DNA of 63,399 nucleotides, filler included, from Octopus bimaculoides (lineage: Eukaryota): assembly GCF_001194135.2 (NCBI RefSeq). It is 7 parts of 7 records of this genome, joined end to end, with 100 filler letters (N's around TTAATTAATTAA, not from the genome) between each part and the next. Parts side by side here need not be neighbours in the genome. Positions count along the whole stretch, not along the records: positions 7,401 to 19,750 come from NC_068981.1; positions 19,851 to 30,837 come from NC_068990.1; 5 more parts are not named here. One strand, given 5' to 3'. Each line of letters begins with the position of its first letter. Positions within the stretch are counted from its first letter, which is position 1. Shown here in pieces: positions 12,140 to 25,900 of the stretch. The position numbers and the translations under genes were made by a program. The notes beneath the pieces are model-generated. The model was given only the letters and a program-made list of their open reading frames with translations, had not been told where the DNA came from and did no database searches.

Positions 12140-12300
12140 CAGGGGTTCCCAACCACCGGACTGCGGATCATTTGGTCCCGGGCCGCATAGAAAGAATAAT
12201 TTAAAAAATTTTATTTCTATTCTATGACTATTGCAATCTGTTGAGTGTTTTTCCATTATATGTGGATTATATATGCAATACATACGTATTATCCTTGTAA
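12140..12300 (+). mobile_element. hAT-like MITE end fragment
   Basis: caggggttcccaaccaccggactgcgga...cgggccgcatag resembles Charlie-type MITE termini. Confidence 0.45.
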
Positions 12301-12313
12301 TAATTAAATTATA

Positions 12314-12535
12314 CAGGAATGGGCAAAGGTAGGTTTACAGTTACTTGACTCAATCAGACACTCAAAGTCACCAGAATTTTTTTTTTTTTAAAGGGCTTCC
12401 AATGAACTAGGGCATCTCCTACAGATCCCTTAGTCGACTTTTGAATCACTTAGGTATAAAAAAAAAGAAATAAAGAAATGAAAAGAACATTCTACTCATC
12501 TTAACCAAGTGTATACCTACACTTGTCCACCCTTG
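12314..12535. mobile_element. Tc1/mariner-type MITE with TA flanks
   Basis: TA-caggaatgggcaaaggtaggtttacagtt on the left versus the reverse complement of the right end, TA-caagggtggacaagtgtaggtatacactt (21/29 identical). Confidence 0.65.
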
Positions 12536-12605
12536 TACGTTATGCATTTTATTGTTTGTTTGTTTGTTTGTTTTAATTTTATGCGCGTTATCTCCCGGTC
12601 TGTGT

Positions 12606-12986
12606 GGAGGCGCAATGGCCCAGTGGTTAAGGCAGCGGACTCGCGGTCATAGGATCGCGGTTTCGATTCCCAGACTGGGCGTTGTGAGTGTTTATTGAGC
12701 GAAAACACCTAAAGCTCCACGAGACTCCGGCAGGGGATGGTGGCGAACCCTGCTGTACTCTTTCACCACAACTTTCTCTCACTCTTACTTCCTGTTTCTG
12801 TTGTGCCTGTAATTCAAAGGGTCAGCCTTGTCACACTGTGTCACGCTGCATATCCCTGAGAACTACGTTAAGGGTACAGGTGTCTGTGGAGTGCTCAGCC
12901 ACTTGCACGTTAATTTCACGAGCAGGCTGTTCCGTTGATCGGATCAACTGGAACCCTCGACGTCGTAAGCGACGGAGTGCCAACAA
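12606..12986 (+). mobile_element. Full-length tRNA-derived SINE family C with an exact 13-bp target-site duplication
   Basis: Box A tggcccagtgg and box B ggtttcgattcc. The TSD ctcccggtctgtg is at 12592-12604 and 12987-12999. Confidence 0.92.
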
Positions 12987-13484
12987 CTCCCGGTCTGTGG
13001 GAAAATAGTCTTGTATGAAACCACTCCGTAGTACATGAAAGAGTGGAGACCAATGCCTTAGAGCGAGAAAAAATATATACAAATTTTCAAAGTCTTTTCT
13101 TTTATCATTGAAAAAAAAAAGCAGCTATAATTTTATCATTTGCATAATAGTAAATATGATAGTGGAAAAGAACAGAAAAGCTTTCTAATGCCTCTCTTCT
13201 TTTGGTGTTCTAAGCACATTATGCATGTATTGTTTAATAGTTAATCAAAGCTGCTCTCGAGACCACACGGATTTAATTTCAGGGACACAGGTATTTCTAA
13301 AAATTAGAGAGTGAAAAGTGAACCAGTGATCACAGAACCGACAATGGCTTCGATTCTTTTGTCTCTCTTTCTAATTTGTCTTGATTTTAAATCGGTTGTG
13401 GCTGAGGAATTCTTTATCTGTGAGTGAGCAGTTAAACGAAGAAAAGGCTAACTACCCATTATATAGAGTCCATATAATTAAAAT

Positions 13485-13515
<31 letters not shown>

Positions 13516-13841
13516 AAACTCGGATCTAACGACAGATTAACAGAAACAATTACGGTCACTAAAGAAAATCAAACAGAAACAAAATCTTGTGTCCGAGGAA
13601 ACGAGCGATGCTGTGCGGCGATTAAAAATAAAAAGGGAACTGTGAAGAAAATTAGTGAGACCCTGCCTTTAGAAGAAATAAATTCTTTTGTTTCAGCATA
13701 AAAATTCATTCTCCTTACGACGGTACGCAGAGAAATGAGGGGTTGACAGGCAGACGGACAGAGAAAGAGAGTGAGACAGAGACAAACAGACAGGCATACA
13801 AATAGATAGATGAGAGATAAGAGACAGACAGACAGACAGAC

Positions 13842-13925
<84 letters not shown>

Positions 13926-14316
13926 GCAGGCGTTTACGAGGATGCATAGTTAGGAACAAACATGCATTACCGGTGCATATAAAGTAACGAAGAAGTAACC
14001 AGAGACAGGCAGCACATATACAAATAAATAAATAGATAAACCCTAAGTAAATGGATGAACGAACAAATAAATGAGTAAACAGAAGGGTGAATGAATGACA
14101 ACCAGAAAGAGACTGAGTAAATAGATGATGGATAAGTAATTGGATGAGTAACAAAATGAATAATGAATAAATAAATGAAAGAATAAGTGATTGATGTTGC
14201 AAAAAGTTCAAGGAAAAAAGTTTAGGCGTTACTGGTTGATGAAATCGGAAAGTTTGAAGTGTTCATAAGATATTAATGTTCAGTTATTCTGATGAGGGAA
14301 TTTCCAAATTTTCCTA

Positions 14317-14367
<51 letters not shown>

Positions 14368-14904
14368 GCACAAACTCAGACAGCCAATAAGACACAGATA
14401 GACAGACATTTTGCCCACAAAGAGATCCTCGTACAGGGCCTCCATGAGAAATCACGGTGGGCGAAACAAGATTATTGCAGGTCCTGTGAATCAGGAAGGA
14501 TTCATTACAAAATTCAACAAGGGTTGTAAGTTTTCCTTCCTTNNNNNNNNNNNNNNNNNNNNNNNNNNNNNNNNNNNNNNNNNNNNNNNNNNNNNNNNNN
14601 NNNNNNNNNNNNNNNNNNNNNNNNNNNNNNNNNNNNNNNNNNNNNNNNNNNNNNNNNNNNNNNNNNNNNNNNNNNNNNNNNNNNNNNNNNNNNNNNNNNN
14701 NNNNNNNNNNNNNNNNNNNNNNNNNNNNNNNNNNNNNNNNNNNNNNNNNNNNNNNNNNNNNNNNNNNNNNNNNNNNNNNNNNNNNNNNNNNNNNNNNNNN
14801 NNNNNNNNNNNNNNNNNNNNNNNNTATATATATATATATATATGCACGAGGGCACTACATAACCACCTACATCGCTAAAAATAGAAGTAAAAAATACTTC
14901 TGTG

Positions 14905-14955
<51 letters not shown>

Positions 14956-15042
14956 TATCATATATTGTATGTATATATCTTATTAATTTGCCTGATAATT
15001 CACTTGTCACCCGTGATGATATTTTGATAATACCATCCCTTC

Positions 15043-15082
<40 letters not shown>

Positions 15083-15087
15083 GTGTG

Positions 15088-15420
15088 AAGGCGCGTGGCT
15101 TAGTGGTTAGAGGTATTCGGCTCACAATCGTAAGGTTGTGAGTTCAATTCTTCCCGGAAATGCGTTGTGTCCTTGAGCAAGACACTTTGTTGCTCCAGTC
15201 CACTCAGCTGGCAAAAAATGAATAGTATCTGTATTTCAAAGGGCCAGCCTTGTCACATTCTGTGCCACGCTGAATCTCCCTGAAAACCACGTTCAGGGTA
15301 CACATGTCTGTGGAATGCTCAGCCACTTGCACGGAAATTTCTCGAGTAGGCTGTTCCGTTGATTGGATCAACAGGAACCCACGTCGTCATATGTATACAT
15401 ATATACATACGGAGTGCCGT
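15088..15420 (+). mobile_element. SINE with a CORE-like centre and a family C 3' part
   Basis: tRNA-like head ggcgcgtggcttagtggttag...gagttcaattc, centre gtgtccttgagcaagacact, and a 3' half homologous to 12810-12985. Confidence 0.85.
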
Positions 15421-15999
15421 ATACATACATACATACATACATATATACATACATACATACATACATACATACATACATACATACATACATACATACGGAG
15501 TACCATATATATTAGACAGTGGCCTGGCAGATAGTCACGGCCCCTCACTGGCTCTCCGCTCCCCGAATCAACGTACCAACTGACTTCGTTCCCCTCTGTC
15601 TTATAAGACATGTCCACGTGTACATAGACAGACAGACCTAAAGCTGACATGTAGTAGAGAGAACTTGACAAATATGACTGACTGACTGATGAATCGAACG
15701 ATTAATCAAATTAGTCAAATATTTAACCAATCGACGAATAATAAAGAAATGAAATAGAACTAGTGCGTGTGATTATTATGGGTAAATGACCCTCTCGAGA
15801 TAAAACAAAATCTGTCTCAGCAAGAATCTCACAAACGAAATACAAAAATGAAGTTATAGAGATATGTTTCAGATGCGTCGTGTTTATATTTTTGAGAGAA
15901 ACAAGATACAATTTCTAATAAGGAAAAAATATTGACCAGTACAACAAATATTTAAACCATACAAAATAAATAATAGTTTCAAACATTAGCACATTTTAG

Positions 16000-16636
16000 A
16001 GATAGGAAACTAATCGATTACATCAAGCCCAGTGTACAGATGGTACATATTTTATCGACCTCGATAGGAGGAATTTCAAACTCGACTTCAGTGAAGTTTG
16101 ATCTCAAAATGTAAAGAGATCTGGGAGAAATGCCGTTAATCATTTTTGTCCGATGCGCTAACGATTCTTTCACCAAAAGCTAATAATGGTTACAAATTTT
16201 GACACAAGCCCAGCAAGTTCGGCGGCGGGAGTAAATCGATTATATCAACACCAGTACTCAACTGGCACTTATTTTATCTTTCCGAAAAGATGAAAGGCAA
16301 ATTCGACTTCGGCGGAGTTTGAACTCAGAACGTAAAGACAGACGAAATGCCGATAAGCATTTTGCCCTGCTTACCAGCGTGTCACCCTGCACAGAAAGTT
16401 AATGATAATAACGGTAATTTCAAACTTGGGCACAAGGTCAGCAATTTTCAGGAGAAGGAATTGGACGATTACACCAACACCAGGGTAAAACTGGTACTTA
16501 TTTCATCGTCTCTGAAAGGAATGAAAAGCTAAATCGACCCCCGTCAAATTTGAACTCAGAGCGTAAAGAGCCGGAAAAAATGCCATTAAGCATTTTGTCC
16601 GACGCTATAACGATTCTGCCAGCTCGCCACCTTACA
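16000..16636 (-). mobile_element. Three tandem SINE family A copies
   Basis: Three successive blocks of ggtac-ttattttatc...aaaggcaaa-tcgac...tttgaactcagaacgtaaag...aagcattt. Confidence 0.85.
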
Positions 16637-17295
16637 CACAAAAAAGAATGAATAATAATAAAAGCATTACAATTAAACCTTGGGAGAGGCATTATGCCGG
16701 TAATAAACACACGCACTGGTTCAGTGTATTGTATTAATTGTATTTCTTTCAACACACGTATCCACATCAAGAATCTTGCACACCAAATACACATACGAAA
16801 TAAAAGCATTAATAATATTTTCTCTTTCATTTTTTTCAGCCCTTAAAGATTTCTTTAAATTTGCCTAATTATATATAATGATTTCACCTACCTTCCTGGT
16901 AAAATTTCATAACTAATGGCAGATTTCAGTCTTTGTAACATTTTTTTCTGTTTGTAATTTTTTTTTTATATATATGGTAGTAGAACAAATAAAAATTATC
17001 ATTAAAAACCATTTGTAAGTGTTTTATTTACCTTTATATATATATATATGGTGTGGCAGTAGAAAGATTTTGGAAAAATTCCATTGAAAATTATGTGTTT
17101 TAATTGTTTATATTAAATTTAAACAATAGACATGATAGGGAACTGAAGAATTCCATTCTCGACATCTGGAACTTCATTGGTTAACCAATTAACCACTTAA
17201 ACATGTGACATCAGTAGGTAATTTTCCAATCGATCTCATCCAATCAATCTCGTCCTGTTGCTTTTAGTGCATAAAACAACAACAATAACAATAAC

Positions 17296-17353
<58 letters not shown>

Positions 17354-17541
17354 GTTTGTGTTTCAATTTAAAAATGAAGGTTCTTTGGCGGAATTATTAT
17401 GAACACAAAACCGACAAATGGTATTAGAATTACAAAATGAACTTTGGCTTCAAACCTCTCTTTGAAAATTGTTGGACATGGCAAATTGACCTTAGGTCTT
17501 GTTCATTGTAGCTATTGTGCTGGAATCTTCATTCACGCGCG

Positions 17542-17579
<38 letters not shown>

Positions 17580-17851
17580 GATACACACACACATGTACAC
17601 GTACGTATACGTGCACACACACACCCGCATGCCTCTTCACATATACCTAACCTTTAATAAAATTAATTATATCTAGACAAAGACAAAGAGAGAGAGAGAG
17701 AGAAAAAAAGAAGAAAGAGAAAGAGAGACACGGAGAAAGGGAAAGAGAGAGAAAGAGAGATAGAGAGACAGAGAGGGAAAGAGACAGACAAGGAAAGGGA
17801 AGTGAGAAAGAGAAAGAGAGAGAAGACAGACAGACTGACAGATAGACAGAC

Positions 17852-17918
<67 letters not shown>

Positions 17919-18717
17919 GTGAGTGAGTGAGGGGGGAGGGAGAGAGTCAGAGCAAAAAATAACCAAGCGTAGCAGAAGTCCTGAAAATTAATTCCAACCA
18001 ACTTAAAGAAGTTCGTCATAGCAATTTTCTTTCCTATTTTTATTTGCTTTGGATTTTATCACAACACACAACAAACTAATTATAGATGTTTTCTTAGTNN
18101 NNNNNNNNNNNNNNNNNNNNNNNNNNNNNNNNNNNNNNNNNNNNNNNNNNNNNNNNNNNNNNNNNNNNNNNNNNNNNNNNNNNNNNNNNNNNNNNNNNNN
18201 NNNNNNNNNNNNNNNNNNNNNNNNNNNNNNNNNNNNNNNNNNNNNNNNNNNNNNNNNNNNNNNNNNNNNNNNNNNNNNNNNNNNNNNNNNNNNNNNNNNN
18301 NNNNNNNNNNNNNNNNNNNNNNNNNNNNNNNNNNNNNNNNNNNNNNNNNNNNNNNNNNNNNNNNNNNNNNNNNNNNNNNNNNNNNNNNNNNNNNNNNNNN
18401 NNNNNNNNNNNNNNNNNNNNNNNNNNNNNNNNNNNNNNNNNNNNNNNNNNNNNNNNNNNNNNNNNNNNNNNNNNNNNNNNNNNNNNNNNNNNNNNNNNNN
18501 NNNNNNNNNNNNNNNNNNNNNNNNNNNNNNNNNNNNNNNNNNNNNNNNNNNNNNNNNNNNNNNNNNNNNNNNNNNNNNNNNNNNNNNNNNNNNNNNNNNN
18601 NNNNNNNNNNNNNNNNNNNNNNNNNNNNNNNNNNNNNNNNNNNNNNNNNNNNNNNNNNNNNNNNNNNNNNNNNNNNNNNNNNNNNNNNNNNNNNNNNNNN
18701 NNNNNNNNNNNNNNNNN

Positions 18718-18786
18718 NTTCTTCTTCTTCTTCTTCTTCTTCTTCTTCTTTCTATTTCGTGCCAGGTGGCAGCCATATGAGGTTTC

Positions 18787-18849
<63 letters not shown>

Positions 18850-19160
18850 CCCTCTCCCTCTCTCTCTCCCCCTCCCCCTCTCTCTTTCTTTCTCTCTTCA
18901 TGCTGCCCAGTCGATGGTCGTGTTTCGTACCTAGATTCACGTTCTCCATCTATCGCCTTTCGTCTCTTTTTCAACGGTTCTTCTCCGGGTGTTCTTGTGT
19001 TTTCCGGCCTTCCTCCTTCCTTCAGGGACCCATGTCATGGTTGTCATCATCGGCTCCTGAGCTTCCTCTCGGCTTTCATTCAAGCGCGTCATGCTTCCTT
19101 CTCTTTCCAAGCCGGTAACCTTGTCTCTCTCCAAGGTATTGTACATTCTTCCGAGTGTCT
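18718..19160 (-). mobile_element. 3' fragment of a second RTE family with an (AAG)n tail, interrupted by a (GA)n expansion
   Basis: Minus-strand MTWVPEGRRKAG/TRRRTVEKE matches the RTE C-terminal W-x-P-x-G-x-R...TWRRTVE signature. It ends gccacctggcacgaaatagaaagaagaag. Confidence 0.65.
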
Positions 19161-19409
19161 GGAGATTCTGTAGTCAGAAGTGTTTCGTGTTTTCTTTTCT
19201 TTCAGGAATAGGTGATTAGCCCAATACTCAAACTTCAGGACCCGAAATAAGGGCTGGTTTTCTGACAGGATTTCCTTTCCTCAGATCGGTGGTTCTCAAC
19301 CATTTATTTTTACTAATGGACCCCCGTTGATTCCTATTTTCCTCCGTTGGACCTTCATAGCCACTCGAGGTTTTAAAAATCCTATTATATTTTTATAATT
19401 AAATATTCT

Positions 19410-19750
19410 TACTCTTTACTCTTTACTCTTTTACTTGTTTCAGTCATTTGACTGTGACCATCCTGGAGCACTGCCTTTAGTCGAGCAAATCGACCCCAGG
19501 TCTTATTCTTTGGAAGCCTAGTACTTATTCTGTCGGTCTCTTTTGCCGAACCGCTAAGTTACGGAGACGTAAACACACCGCCATCAGTTGTCAAGCGATG
19601 TTGGTGGGGGGACAAATACAGACACACAAACATATACATATATACGACGGGCTTCTTTCAGTTTCCGTCTATCAAATCCACTCACAAGACTTTGGTCGGC
19701 CCGAGGCTATAGTAGAAGACACTTGCCCAAGGTGCCACGCAGTGGGAATG
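19410..19750 (-). mobile_element. SINE family B, head lost in a gap
   Basis: High similarity to 9685-10060, with a (CTTTTA)n tail at 19409-19435. Confidence 0.88.
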
Positions 19751-19851
19751 NNNNNNNNNNNNNNNNNNNNNNNNNNNNNNNNNNNNNNNNNNNNTTAATT
19801 AATTAANNNNNNNNNNNNNNNNNNNNNNNNNNNNNNNNNNNNNNNNNNNNA

Positions 19852-19882
<31 letters not shown>

Positions 19883-22559
19883 GAGAAGATGGTGTATTTT
19901 AACATTTCTAGTGCCTACGCAACCTATGCATTGTGCTGGGATTCGAAAATAAGATGGAGTCACGGATTTAGATGGCCTTCGGCGAAGTTATTTAACTGCG
20001 TCTTCTTTTGATTATTCTATTGGCGAAGACCTTGATTTTCCTTAAAAGCTTCTTACATTTCTCTCGATCATAACTAACGAACGGAAACCGGTTTGACAAC
20101 TATATCTATCAGTTTTAATAGCCTCTGAATAAACAAATTATTCTTTCATTTATCTTTTCAATCACCCGAAAAATTACTTGAATACACTTCCACTTATTTA
20201 TAGCCCAACGATATCGAAACCCTTGAGAGAATTTCCAATTTACCCAATCAATTATCTCGAAAGCCACCATTTGATCTTTAATGCTAGCTCATGTAACAAA
20301 CCTATATTCTGTATGATATATGATGACAAACAAAAATATATTTAATCCCTTTTTTGTCGTTTTATTCTCTAGAATAAAACCTGATGCTACGAGGCAATTT
20401 GTCTTAAAGCAGACTTCCAATATCGGAATCTCCAGTATCTGACAGCTTTCATTTATGGAAGCTTAACCACTTACCACTGAATACAGCCATTACTATCTAC
20501 ACAATAGATTGTTTCTAAGGAGTAGATATATAGCCATTGGTAATAGAATTGCTACCTTCTCTGATTAAATATTTATCTAAGTGATGTATTGTGATAATGA
20601 TAAAGTATGAAATAAACTTTCAGTAAATAGTATATGTAACACACGTTCGCTTCCTGTTACTTGTTATCTATTCTGCTAATGTGTTTTGACAAAATATAAA
20701 TTCCGATTATTCCAACTGCGTTAAGTTAATAAAACTAATCACATTGAAGATACTTCTTACTTGTAAGAGTCAAATGAATGACTCGGTTTATCAAACTATT
20801 ATTTTATGGTTATTCAATTCAGCGATCTTACACAGATTAAAGGGGCACCGAACCTAGTGTTTTACAAGTTTTAGTTTCACTTTGCATCGCCTTGATTTTG
20901 AGTCACCTTTGACTTACCTTTCATACTACTAGACTTAATACAACTGTATTAGCAACATACTATGGGCGATTCAAATCAAATATATATCTATATTTATTTT
21001 AGTGACTAAAAATGCATCATGTCTGTCTGATTCACATTACAAATAATATTCTTAAGTATGAATGAACTCCGTCGGATCCTTGTATTTACGTAATGATTCC
21101 AAGGAAGGATAAACCAGTGCTTTGCCTTCACTAGAGTGGTACACCATATTATCATTACAAGCTAACGAAATGCACTTCAATTTCACACTTTTCTTTACTT
21201 ACGGTGGTTTAATCTACAAAATGTCCCTACAGTACAGTTTCCATCCACAACTTAGTCGGAAAAAATTAATTTCTTGGTTACACAGTAATGTGATGAAGAT
21301 AGATCCCCGAATATCAAATAAATATAGCACTCACTCTATAAACTAGATACGAAAAATCAGATGTGTTTAACAATTTCGTTTGTTGATTCAGTAATCTTGT
21401 ATGTCTTACCTCGAGTAAGTGATTGCATAGATATGTATTTCATTAATATGCCGCCAAAACTTATTACAATGAGGTTTACGTGCTAATATGCAAAGATGTA
21501 GCCGAAAAGCTTGTCGGCTGACCTACGTTTAATTTTCGAGGTGTTGTGATAGTGCAACATTAATTGCATTGCTTTTTAAAGTTCTTATTTTAAATTCAGG
21601 GAATGCTGTTTCAGTATTGTAATCTTTGATTTTCACACAATGCTATTAACCCATTACCTACCTCTGATCTCATATGAAATCACTTAAAAATTACAAATTT
21701 CGTAATTATCTGTCAACATTTACACATATCTAACCTTTTTGCCATATCTACTAGGTATATTTTTCTGATATTCAAATGAGGTTTGCTAATTTTTCACCCA
21801 ATATCTCGCTTATTTCTATTTAAAATGTTATTTTGATCACTCCAGCGTGTTTCTAAGGCTGTTTTATGCTAGAAATCAAAGTTTCATGAAAGAATTCCAG
21901 TTAATAGAATTATGGGAGGTAATAGATTAATTCAAGTAAGGACCAGATGCATAAATATAAGTATGTAAGATATATCGTTCAAATGTGAAGCACTTAATTC
22001 ATCTCCTTCATACACAAACACGCACGCGCCGACACACACATACACATATGCACTCTCATACACACATACATATACGAAACACACAAAACACACTCACAAG
22101 AGACAATGTATATTCAAATTCGAAAACGCCCCATGCCTAACGAGAGTGATTACCGCTTGCGACACGTTTGAGTGAATGCAAGGAGGAATATGATGACATA
22201 TATGTGCGTGTGAGAGTGTGTGTACGTATGTCTATCTATATATGTACATGTTTATAAATATATATATATATATATACGTATGTATGTATGTATGTATGTA
22301 TGTATTTATATGTTTATGTATGTATCTATAGGGTGCAACGCGTATTTGAGAACAAAACAGAAGACAATGAAGAAAAACTCTAAACAAATAAAACATACGC
22401 TAAAAATATAACTTACTCATTGAACTACAAACATCGAAAAATCAAGTCATTTAGCAAAACTACCCTCAGCTCCACTGACGAACTCTAGTCTCGAAAGAAG
22501 CGACTACATCAAATAATGAAGTTTAGGAGACCTCGTGATGTTGGAGATAACATAATATC

Positions 22560-22932
22560 AAATCTCCTAGCACTTACTGCATATAGACTGTTCTTTCCTC
22601 TTGTGGTAGAATTTGCAACTGATGTTCTCGTGAATCACATGTTTCATAGAGGTTTCTGCCATCTTGAGCTGTTTGGTGGTGGCCTTTATCAACCCATGGG
22701 GTTATTGTTGATGATGTCATAAATCAGCCATTTGAAGTCGGACATCCTGACGATGTATGCCTGTTGAGAATGCTTCTTTCTCTTTGTAGGGAATGACTTG
22801 CCCCGGCTAGAAGCTTCAATATCCTTCCCCCAATGAACAAAGGACAAGTCTTATTTCACACAGTATCACGCTGATTATTCCTACAGAATTATGTTAAGTG
22901 TACACGTTTCTGCAGAATACTCACCCATATAT
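22560..22932 (-). mobile_element. Tc1/mariner transposase N-terminal remnant
   Basis: Frameshifted minus-strand DIINNNP...KQLKMAETSMKHVIHENISCKFYHKRK resembles the mariner-family HTH region. A TIR-like tatatgggtgagt lies at about 22920-22932. Confidence 0.55.
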
Positions 22933-25900
22933 GTGCTAATTTAACATGTTCTATAGGAGCAGTCTTTATTGAAACCGAACGATATTAACACATGAGTGAG
23001 TGTATGTTCCTATCTATCTGTCTGTGTATACATATGAAGGTATCTTAGAGATGACTGCTCAAACTAAACATTTTCAAAAATATTTTTTACGTAACAGTCT
23101 GATTCACTTTTCAAATTTTACGCATCAATAACATGTAAATATTAAAACATTATTTTACAAATCAGATAATTCAAATTTAGGCATTGTTCAATATACTATA
23201 CAACACTGATCTAACAGAATTTGCTTCAGTATCTTATACTTCCATGTGGTAAATATTCTAGTGTAAAGAACTTCTTTCGCTGTAATTTTTAGCAGATTGT
23301 TCAATGCTTATAATGACAAAAAATCTCTTGAGTAAAATTAAGTCCAACAGAAGCCAACGACGAACTATAAGTGATCGCTACGAATAAATGATCCTTATTA
23401 AAACTGATAATCATCCATGTAGGTTTGCTTCTATTTTCACAAGATCTTGCCCGCTATCTTTCAATATATGAACTAAATAAAAATCAACGCCACGTTGAAT
23501 TTTCTTGTTTTAGCTTCAGGCCTTCCTTAATGCTGCAAATTATAGTCAAAGGTGTCCCTCTGGATCTAATTTATGTCTGTAAAATGTAAGTATATTATAA
23601 AGTGTTCTCTTTTTAAACTGTAGTCAGTACCTATAAAAGTGAACAAGTATACTGGTTGGGGCCAAGTGAGCCAAAGAAAGGTCCATGAATATATAACAGC
23701 TCCCCTACCTAAAAGATTAACAAACTCAGCCACTTCCATTTCAGTTTATTACAAAGATTCCAGATTATATAGAATAGTACAGTATTCGACTGTTGCAACA
23801 AACATGCGTTAATCTACTCTAAATGATAATGATGTGTCTAGAACATAGACAGGGTGCTTACAATTGGGAAAACTAAAATCTAATTTAAAGCAAATTTACA
23901 AAGTTGAGAACATAAAACAAAAAAGACAAAGAAAATTTGAACTAAATTATAAAGTACAAACTACATGCCACTTAACAATGTTAACTATTAACAATATTTA
24001 ACTAATAAGCAATATTTAGCTAATTAACGATATTATTGCTTTGGCTTCTTGTGACAACTTATTTGGTAACTTAAAAAGTCAAATTACACTTTGACGAATC
24101 AAGTGATATAAGCGATAGAAAGCTAACGGCTTCTGTATAGGATATTTTTCATATAAGAATAATTGAGTGCGAATATCATTTTTCAGGAACACATTATGTT
24201 ATAAAAAAGTAGAAAATGTCTTTATAATGCAGCTGAGTGCAGAAGAAGTCAGGAATAAAAGATAAAAGAAGCAGAAGCTAAACAAAAAAATCAAATGATT
24301 TTGTAATGTCAGTTCTTGAGCGGACCAACCCAACGGTGTATCGGAAGAAGAATTTAAACGTCCTTCAAGAAACAGATGTGTCTTTCATAAAGACATAAAA
24401 TAGTAAATCTTTTGATTTCAAAAAATATAAAATATATTTTCTCAGATATCCAGAGGCCATAAATGTTTATATTAAGTTTGAAGTATTTTCGAAATAAGTG
24501 AAGAGCTATAGAATTCTTTAGAAAATAGTGGACTCATTGACATGGAGCTTCAAGATAAATAGCAGAAAAATTGCAAGATATCCTCAGAATTCTATGTTAC
24601 ATAAAAGTGTTTTGCAACACAAAACCTTGTATTGTATGAAGAGAAAGAACTCTATAGACAGATATGAGAAAGCAATTTCAATTTTTATGGAGTTACAAAA
24701 AATGTTGACAAAGTTTGATCTTGTTATGGAAGTGCGTTTCAGTAGTGAGTTAAAAAAAGAATTGGAAAATATAATTTCATAATTTCTCTCTGTTAATTTT
24801 TAAACGAATATATTCAACTGATGGTTTCTAGAGTTCGCCGCAGATTGCTACATAACATCTATCCATATGACCAAATATCTGGCGTTCTTGTTTGACTCTG
24901 CTCTGAATCAAGCACTTGGAGAGTAAATGCTGGAAACAGTTCATCATTAAGTACACAACAATTATATCAATAACAGACCTTTCTTGAATTTATCCACTTA
25001 AGACAAAAAATGTTGAAAACAAGATGGAAGTAACTTTTGGATCAACTTGTAAAAAAACAAGATGTCATATAACTATCGTTATGCCTGTCTTAGTATTGCT
25101 TAAATTACTAGTTTTGCTATCAGGGTTAGCTGCACTTTCTTGAGCGCGTTTTTCTATATTAGTATTGTCTATGTTACTATCTCGATCCGATATGCGATTA
25201 AGTTCACAATAGCTATTCTGGTCTATGCAAGCGGATTTCACCTTTCGCTTATGGAAGTTTTTCCAGTTATTTACACTATTCCTGATATCTGCAACTTCTC
25301 GGTTCAAGGTCTTATTCATATTCATATGGTCCTTCATTTTGTTTCCAGAAGAAACTAGCTGAAACTTAGTCTAAATCTGGTGGGGGAGTGTGAACACAGT
25401 ACTTGTTGACAATGCGAGGGAAATGTATAGAATACTGGGCGCGAGCAGTGAATATACTCTATAAACTATAGATAATCCAAGCAAACTAACCTAGGGTTTA
25501 CCCATCGGATGAAATATATTGGGATTATTTATCTTGAATAGTCCTAAGTTGTTCCTTACCATTCGATGTGGTTAGCCGTAACTTGGATTATAATATATGT
25601 ATTATAATAGATATCAGAGGCTGTGCGCATCGATATGAAAATTTTGAGGAATTAAGCACTAACAATAACAATACAAAACAGGCGGAACATTTTTCAAATT
25701 AGCCTTCATCAGCTGTCAAGCTACGAGATTTTCGTGGTCTCGTCCCCTGAGGACAATACTGCTTACCCAATGGCGTCAACAACAATCCAGTGCGGTGAAA
25801 GAAATACTGAAAATTATTTCTTGAGCAAACAGAAACATTGTGGAGAGATGACGAAAAGTCAAATCGATCGCTAGTGAGCTAAGGCAAAAGATTAAGAAGA

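Noticed and set aside
12606-12680. tRNA-like sequence
   Set aside because: It has box A/B but no complete acceptor stem, and it is the head of a TSD-flanked SINE.
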